Positions 28,182 to 35,833 of a stretch of 35,833 bases of DNA are shown piece after piece; position 1 is the first letter of the stretch, and every line of letters begins with the position of its first letter. The notes under the pieces were generated by a model that ran no database searches, was not told the origin of the DNA, and saw only the letters and a list, made by a program, of their open reading frames with translations. The stretch is from positions 1 to 35,833 of the IMG/VR virus record IMGVR_UViG_2565956762_000002; one strand, 5' to 3'. The DNA comes from a virus. Lineage: Duplodnaviria > Heunggongvirae > Uroviricota > Caudoviricetes. Both the position numbers and the translations under genes were made by a program.

Positions 28182-28697
28182 ATGGCTTTACCACGCAAAT
28201 TAAAACACCTGAACCTGTTTAACGACGGGAACAACTGGCAGGGGATCGTTGAGTCGCTGACGCTGCCGAAATTCACCCGCAAATATGAGAAGTATCGCGG
28301 CGGCGGAATGCCGGGGGCGGTGGATGTGGATCTGGGGCTTGATGACAGTGCTCTGGACACAGAATTTTCCATTGGTGGTACTGAACTGCTGCTGTTTAAG
28401 CAGATGGGCAAATCCACGGTGGATGGCATCCAACTGCGCTTTACCGGCTCTATCCAGCGTGACGATACCGGGGAAGTGCAGGCCGTGGAGCTTGTCGTGC
28501 GTGGGCGTCACAAAGAAGTGGATTCCGGCGAGTGGAAGACGGGCGAAAGCAACACCACCAAAGTGACCAGTACCAACAGCTACGCGAAGCTGACCATCAA
28601 TGGTGAGGTGCTCTATGAAGTGGACCTTATCAACATGGTGGAAATTGTGGACGGTGTGGACCTGATGGAAGCGCACCGCAACGCCCTCGGCCTCTGA
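28182..28697 (+). CDS. FII: Tail tube protein FII
   Basis: 171 aa directly after the sheath gene. Confidence 0.9.
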   Translation: MALPRKLKHLNLFNDGNNWQGIVESLTLPKFTRKYEKYRGGGMPGAVDVDLGLDDSALDTEFSIGGTELLLFKQMGKSTVDGIQLRFTGSIQRDDTGEVQAVELVVRGRHKEVDSGEWKTGESNTTKVTSTNSYAKLTINGEVLYEVDLINMVEIVDGVDLMEAHRNALGL

Positions 28698-28751
28698 TGT
28701 ATCTGAACGGCGCGGAATGCCGCGCCAGGACCCAATTTACAGGACAGCAAA

Positions 28752-29054
28752 ATGAGCGATAAGCAGACTGAAAAGACCATTCAACTGGATACCCCCATCA
28801 AGCGTGGTAAAACTGAAATCACCGAAATTGTGCTGCGTAAACCGCAGTCCGGTGCGCTGCGCGGTACACGCCTGCAGGCCATTATGGATATGGATGTGAA
28901 CGCGATGATGACCGTGATCCCCCGCATCTCCAGCCCGGCACTGACCGCACAGGAAATTGCAGAGATGGACCCGGCAGATCTCACTGCCATGTCGGTTGAG
29001 GTTGTCACTTTTTTGTTGAAGAAGTCGGTGCTTGCCGGTTTACCGACAGCCTGA
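28752..29054 (+). CDS. E: Tail assembly chaperone E
   Basis: 100 aa between the tube and tape-measure genes. Confidence 0.8.
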   Translation: MSDKQTEKTIQLDTPIKRGKTEITEIVLRKPQSGALRGTRLQAIMDMDVNAMMTVIPRISSPALTAQEIAEMDPADLTAMSVEVVTFLLKKSVLAGLPTA

Positions 29055-29188
29055 CGGTTGACGATCTGGTGGCAGATATCGCCACCATTTTTCACTGGCC
29101 GCCATCCGTTACTGACGTTATGCCGCTGACAGAAGTGCTGGAATGGCGGTATAAAGCGATTCAGAGAAGCGGGGCCAACGATGAGTGA
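28752..29188 (+). CDS. Tail assembly chaperone E+E' (programmed -1 frameshift product)
   Basis: Slippery heptamer T_TTT_TTG at 29009-29015 in the E frame; the -1 frame stays open to TGA at 29186-29188, overlapping the T start. Confidence 0.6.
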
Positions 29189-32100
29189 TAATAACCTGCG
29201 CCTGCAGGTCATTCTTAATGCGGTTGACAAACTCACCCGCCCATTCCGTGCTGCACAGGCCAGTTCGAAAGAGCTGGCTGGCGCAATCAGAAACTCCCAT
29301 GACGCATTAAAGCAACTCAATCAGGCGGGTAACAGCCTGGAAAAATTTCGCAAGCTGCAGGCCGATAACAAAAGGTTAGGCGACAGGCTGAACTATGCCA
29401 GACAGAAGGCAAATTTGCTTAGTTCTGAGCTGGAAGCGATGGAACAACCATCACAACGGCACCTTGTGGCTTTAGGTCGGCAAACGCTGGCAGTCCAACG
29501 CCTGGAAGAACAACAAAAATATTTGCAGAAGCAAACGGCGCTTGTGCGTGCAGAACTGTATCGGGCGGGAATTTCTGCGAACGATGATGCGGGAGCAACT
29601 GCCCGTTTAGCCCGTGAAACATCACGTTATAACCAGGAATTGTCGAAACAGGAGGCGCGGCTGAAGCGACTGGGGGAAGCTCAGCGCAGGATGAATGCGG
29701 CGCGTGCCAGTTATGCCCGTTCGCTGGAGGTGCGTGATCGTATTGCAGGAGCCGGAGCCACCACCACGGCTGCAGGGCTGGCAATGGGGACACCAGTGAT
29801 GGCGGCAGTAAAAAGCTATACCAGCATGGAAGATGCCATGAAAGGTGTGGCAAAGCAGGTCAATGGTCTGCGTGACGATAATGGCAACCGCACTGCACGT
29901 TTTTATGAAATGCAGGATGCCATCAAGGCTGCCAGCGAACAGTTGCCGATGGAAAACGGTGCGGTGGACTTCGCTGCACTGGTTGAAGGTGGTGCGCGTA
30001 TGAACGTCGCAAACCCTGACGACAGCTGGGAAGACCAGAAACGTGACCTGCTGGCCTTCGCCAGTACGGCGGCAAAGGCGGCAACAGCCTTTGAGCTGCC
30101 AGCGGATGAACTGTCAGAAAGTCTGGGGAAAATCGCCCAGCTCTACAAAATACCTACCCGCAATATTGAACAGCTCGGCGATGCGCTGAACTATCTGGAT
30201 GATAACGCCATGTCGAAAGGGGCGGACATCATTGATGTCATGCAACGTCTGGGCGGTGTGGCTGACCGTCTGGATTATCGTAAAGCGGCGGCACTGGGTT
30301 CCACCTTTCTGACACTGGGCGCTGCGCCGGAGGTTGCAGCCAGTGCAGCAAACGCGATGGTGCGTGAATTGTCCATTGCCACCATGCAAAGCAAGAGTTT
30401 CTTTGAAGGGATGAATCTGCTGAAACTCAATCCTGAAGTGATTGAAAAGCAGATGACGAAGGATGCGATGGGAACTATCCAGCGTGTGCTGGAGAAGGTG
30501 AACGCACTGCCGCAGGACAAGCGTCTGTCTGCCATGACCATGTTGTTTGGTAAAGAGTTTGGTGATGACGCGGCGAAACTGGCAAACAACCTGCCGGAAC
30601 TGCAGCGCCAGCTAAAACTGACAGCGGGCAATGATGCGCTCGGTTCCATGCAGAAAGAGTCCGACATCAACAAGGACTCACTTTCTGCTCAGTGGTTGCT
30701 GGTTAAAACCGGAGCGCAGAACACCTTCAGCAGCCTGGGCGAAACGCTGCGCCAGCCGCTGATGGATATTCTGTACACGGTGAAAAGCATTACGGGGGCG
30801 TTGCGCCGCTGGGTGGAAGCTAACCCGGAACTGACAGGCACACTGATGAAAGTAGCGGCTGTTGTGGCTGCGGTTACCGTAGGCCTCGGCACCTTAGCGG
30901 TGGCGCTGGCTGCAGTGCTGGGGCCGCTGGCAGTGATCCGTCTGGGATTCTCTGTGCTGGGTATCAAAACGTTACCTTCCGTTACGGCAGCAGTAACCCG
31001 AACCAGCAGCGCGTTGTCCTGGCTGGCTGGCGCTCCACTGGCACTGCTGCGACGCGGGCTTGCTTCATCGGGCAACGCAGCGGGTTTACTTACTGCGCTG
31101 TTGTCGTCTTTGCACCGCACGGCATCACTGACGGGAAATGTCCTGAAAACTGTAGCAGGTGCGCCGGTTGCACTGTTGCGGTCTGGATTATCCGGTTTAC
31201 GTGCGGTTGCTGTGATGTTTATGAATCCACTGGCAGCACTACGCGGCGGGCTGGCTGCCACAGGCACGGTGCTGCGAGTACTGGCATCTGGTCCACTGGC
31301 GATGTTGCGCGTTGCCCTGTATGCCGTATCTGGTCTGTTAGGTGCTCTGCTCAGTCCGATAGGTCTTGTGGTTACTGCACTGGCGGGTGTGGCACTGGTT
31401 GTCTGGAAATACTGGCAACCCATCACCGCATTTCTCGGTGGCGTGGTGGAAGGATTCAAAGCGGCGGCAGGTCCCATCAGTGCAGCGTTCGAACCGCTTA
31501 AGCCTGTGTTCCAGTGGATTGGCGACAAAGTGCAGGCGCTGTGGGGCTGGTTTACTGATCTGCTGACGCCCGTTAAGTCGACCTCTGCCGAACTGCAGAG
31601 TGCAGCGGCAATGGGGCGGAGATTCGGGGAGGCACTGGCGGAAGGGCTGAATATGGTCATGCATCCGCTGGACTCCCTGAAATCTGGCGTTTCCTGGTTG
31701 CTGGAGAAACTCGGCATTGTCAGTAAAGAGGCTGCAAAGGCGAAACTGCCGGAAAGCGTGACGCGTCAGCAACCTGCGACGGTGAATGCAGACGGTAAAG
31801 TGATGATGCCATTGGGTGGTTTTCCGTCATGGGGATATGGCTTTGCGGGGATGTATGACAGCGGCGGCTATATCCCGCGCGGGCAGTTTGGCATCGTCGG
31901 TGAAAACGGGCCGGAAATTGTTAACGGCCCGGCAAATGTGACCAGCCGGAGAAATACAGCTGCACTGGCTGCCGTTGTTGCCGGAATGATGGGTGTTGCT
32001 GCCGCGCCTGCAGAGCTTCCACCGTTGCATCCGTTGGCACTTCCCGCGAAAGGCGGCGAAGCGATGTTGAGTCGTGCAGCCACTGTGTCGCCCGTTCAAC

Positions 32101-32258
32101 GGATTGAGGCACCGACGCAGATCATCATTCAGACGCAGCCAGGACAAAGTGCGCAGGATATTGCGCGGGAGGTGGCCCGCCAGCTTGATGAACGTGAACG
32201 CAGGCTGAAGGCAAAAGCCAGGAGTAACTACAGCGATCAGGGGGGATACGACGCATGA
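29181..32258 (+). CDS. T: Tail tape-measure protein T
   Basis: 1025 aa, Ala/Leu-rich with a hydrophobic central region; conserved position. Confidence 0.9.
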   Translation: MSDNNLRLQVILNAVDKLTRPFRAAQASSKELAGAIRNSHDALKQLNQAGNSLEKFRKLQADNKRLGDRLNYARQKANLLSSELEAMEQPSQRHLVALGRQTLAVQRLEEQQKYLQKQTALVRAELYRAGISANDDAGATARLARETSRYNQELSKQEARLKRLGEAQRRMNAARASYARSLEVRDRIAGAGATTTAAGLAMGTPVMAAVKSYTSMEDAMKGVAKQVNGLRDDNGNRTARFYEMQDAIKAASEQLPMENGAVDFAALVEGGARMNVANPDDSWEDQKRDLLAFASTAAKAATAFELPADELSESLGKIAQLYKIPTRNIEQLGDALNYLDDNAMSKGADIIDVMQRLGGVADRLDYRKAAALGSTFLTLGAAPEVAASAANAMVRELSIATMQSKSFFEGMNLLKLNPEVIEKQMTKDAMGTIQRVLEKVNALPQDKRLSAMTMLFGKEFGDDAAKLANNLPELQRQLKLTAGNDALGSMQKESDINKDSLSAQWLLVKTGAQNTFSSLGETLRQPLMDILYTVKSITGALRRWVEANPELTGTLMKVAAVVAAVTVGLGTLAVALAAVLGPLAVIRLGFSVLGIKTLPSVTAAVTRTSSALSWLAGAPLALLRRGLASSGNAAGLLTALLSSLHRTASLTGNVLKTVAGAPVALLRSGLSGLRAVAVMFMNPLAALRGGLAATGTVLRVLASGPLAMLRVALYAVSGLLGALLSPIGLVVTALAGVALVVWKYWQPITAFLGGVVEGFKAAAGPISAAFEPLKPVFQWIGDKVQALWGWFTDLLTPVKSTSAELQSAAAMGRRFGEALAEGLNMVMHPLDSLKSGVSWLLEKLGIVSKEAAKAKLPESVTRQQPATVNADGKVMMPLGGFPSWGYGFAGMYDSGGYIPRGQFGIVGENGPEIVNGPANVTSRRNTAALAAVVAGMMGVAAAPAELPPLHPLALPAKGGEAMLSRAATVSPVQRIEAPTQIIIQTQPGQSAQDIAREVARQLDERERRLKAKARSNYSDQGGYDA

Positions 32259-32740
32259 TGATGGTGCTGGGATTATACGTGTTTATGCTGCGCACCGTGC
32301 CGTATCAGGAGCTGCAGTATCAGCGCAGCTGGCGACATGCGGCTAACAGCCGGGTTAACCGACGCCCGTCAACGCAGTTTCTGGGACCGGATAACGACAT
32401 GCTGACGCTTTCTGGCGTTCTTATGCCGGAAATAACAGGCGGCAGGCTGTCGTTGCTGGCACTGGAGCAGATGGCAGAACAGGGGAAAGCATGGCCCCTG
32501 ATTGAAGGCAGCGGCACGATTTACGGCATGTATGTGATTGAGGGACTGAATCAGACTAAAACGGAGTTTTTCCGCGACGGTATGCCGCGCAGGATTGAGT
32601 TCACCCTGTCGCTAAAACGCGTGGATGAATCCCTGTCCGATATGTTCGGTGATCTCAGTGCGCAACTGAATAATCTGCAGGGAACGGCAACATCTGCCTT
32701 AAGCGATATCAGTAAAACGGTGGGAGGGCTGCTGTCGTGA
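32255..32740 (+). CDS. U: Tail protein U
   Basis: 161 aa overlapping the T stop. Confidence 0.85.
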   Translation: MMMVLGLYVFMLRTVPYQELQYQRSWRHAANSRVNRRPSTQFLGPDNDMLTLSGVLMPEITGGRLSLLALEQMAEQGKAWPLIEGSGTIYGMYVIEGLNQTKTEFFRDGMPRRIEFTLSLKRVDESLSDMFGDLSAQLNNLQGTATSALSDISKTVGGLLS

Positions 32741-33837
32741 ATTTCAGCTCTGAACTGCTTAACAAAGGCAACAAAACTCCGGCATTCAGCATCAGTATTG
32801 AAGGCAGGGATATCACCACTGTGCTGGACAACCGCCTGATGGGGCTGACGCTGACGGATAACCGGGGATTTGAAGCGGACCAGCTTGATCTGGAGCTGGA
32901 CGACGCCGATGGAAAAATCGTGCTGCCGCGCCGTGGTGCGGTCATTACGCTGGCGCTGGGCTGGAAGGGGCAGCCGCTTTTCCCGAAAGGGGCATTCACG
33001 GTGGACGAGATTGAACACACTGGCGCACCGGACCGCCTGACTATCCGGGCGCGAAGTGCTGATTTTCGGGAAACCCTGAATACCCGCCGTGAAAAATCGT
33101 GGCATAACACCACCATCGGGGAAGTGGTGAAGGAAATAGCCGCGCGGCACAAGCTGAAGATGGCACTGGGTAAAGAGCTGTCGGATAAGCCCGTGGAGCA
33201 TATAGACCAGACTAATGAGAGTGACGGCAGTTTTCTGATGCGACTGGCGCGACAGTACGGTGCCATCGCGTCGGTGAAAAATGGCAATCTGTTATTCATC
33301 CGGCAGGGGCAGGGCAAAAGCGCCACTGGTAAACCACTGCCAGTGATCACTATCACACGCAAGGACGGCGACAGTCACCGCTTTACCCTGGCAGATCGCG
33401 GAGCCTACACGGGCGTAATTGCCAGCTGGTTGCATACCCGTGAACCTGCGAAGAAAGAAAGCACCACGGTGAAGCGTAAGCGCAGAACTAAGAAGCAGAA
33501 GAAAGAGCCTGAAGCGAAGCAGGGCGATTACCTGGTGGGTACGGATGAAAACGTGCTGGTACTTAATCGCACTTATGCCAACCGGAGCAACGCCGAACGA
33601 GCGGCGAAAATGCAGTGGGAACGCCTGCAACGCGGCGTTGCGTCATTCTCGCTACAACTGGCGGAAGGGCGGGCAGATCTCTACACGGAAATGCCAGTGA
33701 AAGTCAGTGGCTTTAAACAGCAGATAGATGATGCGGAATGGACTATTACCACCCTGACGCATACTGTCAGCCCGGATAACGGTTTTACGACCAGTCTGGA
33801 GCTTGAAGTGAAGATTGATGATTTCGAAATGGAATGA
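32737..33837 (+). CDS. D: Tail protein D (late control D)
   Basis: 366 aa overlapping the U stop. Confidence 0.9.
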   Translation: MNFSSELLNKGNKTPAFSISIEGRDITTVLDNRLMGLTLTDNRGFEADQLDLELDDADGKIVLPRRGAVITLALGWKGQPLFPKGAFTVDEIEHTGAPDRLTIRARSADFRETLNTRREKSWHNTTIGEVVKEIAARHKLKMALGKELSDKPVEHIDQTNESDGSFLMRLARQYGAIASVKNGNLLFIRQGQGKSATGKPLPVITITRKDGDSHRFTLADRGAYTGVIASWLHTREPAKKESTTVKRKRRTKKQKKEPEAKQGDYLVGTDENVLVLNRTYANRSNAERAAKMQWERLQRGVASFSLQLAEGRADLYTEMPVKVSGFKQQIDDAEWTITTLTHTVSPDNGFTTSLELEVKIDDFEME

Positions 33838-33927
33838 TTCTTCGCAATGGAGAACTTTTAAGTTTTCAAAATGGAATAATGCGGTATCATTATTGTGAAT
33901 TTAGCAAAAATGGGGAGAACTCGAAAA

Positions 33928-34146
33928 ATGATGATTTGCCCACTGTGTGGAAGTGCCGCCCATACTCGCAGCAGTTTTCAGGTATCTTCATTGACCAAAG
34001 AGCGTTACAACCAGTGCCAGAACATTAACTGCAGCCATACTTTTGTTACCCATGAAACTTTTGTTCGTTCGATTGCAACGCCAAAAGAGTCAAATCCGGT
34101 TCAGCCGCATCCTCATAAATTTAAACAGGTGGGTTTGCCGATTTAA
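33928..34146 (+). CDS. ogr: Ogr/Delta zinc-finger late-gene activator
   Basis: MMICPLCGSAAHTRSS ... ERYNQCQNINCSHTF is the Ogr C2C2 zinc finger; start placed at 33928 rather than the upstream in-frame ATGs. Confidence 0.85.
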   Translation: MMICPLCGSAAHTRSSFQVSSLTKERYNQCQNINCSHTFVTHETFVRSIATPKESNPVQPHPHKFKQVGLPI

Positions 34147-34209
34147 ATGGCGACATAACTACATGATTTAAAACTATACTTTTCTATAAGTTGAGGTTAA
34201 ATTAACAAT

Positions 34210-34388
34210 GCCTGACGTTAGCGGGGATTTATCCCCACTCCGTAGATATGTAGTTTGTCGCTTTGCGACTGCGGACCGATTACCTGATTGCCATGTAATC
34301 GGACGCCGACTTGTTAAGCTTTCTGGGCTAACTGGTTGTTATTTTTTATTTAGTTAGGGCCATGCGCTTGCGCTAAGAGACGTCAGGT
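34210..34388 (+). ncRNA. Candidate structured non-coding RNA upstream of the RT (retron msr/msd-like or DRT-type)
   Basis: 8-bp inverted repeat CCTGACGT (34211-34218) / ACGTCAGG (34380-34387) flanks about 160 nt with hairpins at 34223-34236, 34257-34269 and 34276-34302 (8-bp stem CCGATTAC/GTAATCGG). Confidence 0.25.
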
Positions 34389-34407
34389 ATCTATGGAGGA
34401 ACAAGTT

Positions 34408-34581
34408 ATGGATACAAACGAACTTGGCTTAGTTAAGGCGCGTGTTGAACTGATCACCGCTATGCTCAAATGCGCAACCGCGTTTGTTGGCTTAGTTGGT
34501 GCGGTTTACGCCGTTCTTAACATGGCCTTCAACTACAACAATTTAACTCATGACAATAGAAGTTCAAAGGTGGGAAGATAA
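34408..34581 (+). CDS. Small single-TM protein (57 aa), possible RT-associated effector
   Basis: ATG at 34408 preceded by GGAGG at 8 nt; hydrophobic segment ATAFVGLVGAVYAVLNMAF; the 3' end overlaps the RT start. Confidence 0.4.
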   Translation: MDTNELGLVKARVELITAMLKCATAFVGLVGAVYAVLNMAFNYNNLTHDNRSSKVGR

Positions 34582-35323
34582 ATTTGAGATTAAGCCCGGG
34601 GTTTGGGTTTATGTCCCAAGCGTTGAGGCACGTAAAGTCGGAGGGAAGATACTTCAGGCTGTCAGAAACAAGTGGATTCCGCCACTCTATTTTTACCATC
34701 TAAGAACTGGTGGGCATCTTAAAGCTGCCAGATTACACTTAAAAAGTGATTTTTTTGCCGTTGTTGATATTAAACATTTTTTTCAGTCAACGAGCCGTAG
34801 TCGTATCACCCGTGATCTAAAGAGCTACTTCACCTATTCTCAAGCGCGGGAAATCTCAACATTTTCAACTGTAAGAAACTTGTCCCATAGTCCACATAAG
34901 CATGTCCTCCCTTTTGGTTTTGTTCAATCTCCAATACTTGCAACCCTCTGCTTAGATAAAAGTTATTTTGGTAGCTTACTACGCCGATTGAACAAACATC
35001 ATGATCTCAAGCTAAGTGTGTTTATGGATGATGTGATCATCTCGTCAAACGATTTGGCCCAATTACAAGCGGCTTACGACGAAGCACTAGTGGCAATGCG
35101 TAAATCTGGTTATCAAGCCAACATGAGTAAAACTCAGGCACCATCGTCAAAGATTAGCGTGTTTAATTTAACTTTGAGTAAGGGAGTTATGAAAGTCACA
35201 TCTCAGAAAATGAGTGACTTCCTGATTGATTTCTATTCAAGCAATTATGAGCCGCACAGAATAGGGGTCAAAAACTACGTCGAAGCTGTTAATCCAGGGC
35301 AAGCGAAACTCTTTAAGTTGTAA
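34550..35323 (+). CDS. Compact reverse transcriptase (257 aa)
   Basis: RT motifs in order: RKVGGKIL, VVDIKHFFQS, PFGFVQSPILATLCL, FMDDVIISS (YxDD-like), then SKT and KVTS. Confidence 0.75.
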   Translation: MTIEVQRWEDKFEIKPGVWVYVPSVEARKVGGKILQAVRNKWIPPLYFYHLRTGGHLKAARLHLKSDFFAVVDIKHFFQSTSRSRITRDLKSYFTYSQAREISTFSTVRNLSHSPHKHVLPFGFVQSPILATLCLDKSYFGSLLRRLNKHHDLKLSVFMDDVIISSNDLAQLQAAYDEALVAMRKSGYQANMSKTQAPSSKISVFNLTLSKGVMKVTSQKMSDFLIDFYSSNYEPHRIGVKNYVEAVNPGQAKLFKL

Positions 35324-35397
35324 TTGCGATCGCATGTAGTAGCAACTGGGCTTGACTGAATGCCTGCCGCCATTTTGCCGCCACTACCAAAGAAAAA

Positions 35398-35421
35398 GGG
35401 GCTACGCTTTCACGTAGCCCC
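35398..35421. terminator. Hairpin terminator downstream of ssrA (also terminates the RT transcript)
   Basis: GGGGCTACG-CTTTCA-CGTAGCCCC flanked by T-runs on both strands. Confidence 0.6.
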
Positions 35422-35431
35422 TTGATTTATT

Positions 35432-35794
35432 TGGTGGAGCTGGCGGGAGTTGAACCCGCGTCCGAAATTCCTACATCCTCGGTACTACATGCTTAGTCAG
35501 TCTTTACATTCGCTTGCCAGCTGCGGACGGACACGCCACTAACAAACTAGCCTGATTAAGTTTTAACGCTTCAACCCCAGGCAGGGCTTCCACGCGATCT
35601 CTTTTGGGTTTGACCTCTCTTGATCCCCGTCCTAAGAGCGGAGGCTAGGGAGAGAGGGCTCTAAGCAGGTTATTAAGCTGCTAAAGCGTAGTTTTCGTCG
35701 TTTGCGACTATTTTTTGCGGCTTTTTACGAGGCCAACCGCCCCTCGGCATGCACCTTGGGTTTCGCAAATCCCGTCGAATCCAGAATCAGCCCC
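35432..35794 (-). ncRNA. ssrA: tmRNA (SsrA), 363 nt
   Basis: Minus strand reads GGGGCTGATTCTGGATTCGACGGG ... GGACGCGGGTTCAACTCCCGCCAGCTCCACCA, the enterobacterial ssrA 5' and 3' ends as recalled; length 363 nt. Confidence 0.95.
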
Positions 35795-35833
35795 AATGTG
35801 TAACGGCAAGTATACCAGATTTATGAGCGCCAT

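Noticed and set aside
30689-31717. 342-aa minus-strand ORF (Ala/Ser/Pro-rich) inside tape-measure gene T
   Set aside because: Antisense to a conserved structural gene; low-complexity translation typical of the reverse frame of Ala/Leu-rich coding DNA.
32551-33362. Two overlapping minus-strand ORFs of about 216 aa inside tail gene D
   Set aside because: Antisense and mutually overlapping; the sense strand encodes conserved D.
35432-35500. tRNA gene at the right end (tRNA-like acceptor/T-arm with CCA)
   Set aside because: The sequence continues into the full 363-nt tmRNA, so this is the tRNA-like domain of ssrA, not a separate tRNA.
1-35833. CRISPR array or other regularly spaced direct repeats
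   Set aside because: No series of repeats of 24-48 bp with uniform spacers seen on either strand; the only repeats are the operator, crossover-site and tail-fibre repeats described.

Overview
This window is an essentially complete P2/186-family temperate myovirus prophage, read left to right as integrase, 186-type CI/Apl/CII switch, early/replication genes, then the full late morphogenesis and lysis set ending in ogr, with a compact reverse-transcriptase locus and the host tmRNA gene ssrA (minus strand) at the right edge. All calls are from reading the sequence and recalling family motifs; no searches or computations were run. Five accessory loci interrupt the conserved backbone: (1) an AT-rich 506-aa gene translationally coupled downstream of int; (2) TraR/DksA-like and Dam-methylase genes in the early operon plus a LexA-boxed small ORF/DinI-like pair; (3) an AT-rich, translationally coupled two-gene cassette (9293-12020) between a cos-like sequence and portal gene Q, at the position where P2 carries tin/old; (4) a Hin/Gin-type invertible tail-fibre segment with its invertase; (5) a small membrane ORF plus a 257-aa reverse transcriptase next to ssrA. 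The cassette in (3) is the strongest candidate for an undescribed or poorly described anti-phage system: a predicted PD-(D/E)xK-like nuclease followed by an SMC/Rad50-like coiled-coil ABC ATPase. Its architecture recalls Lamassu, but family membership is unverified.
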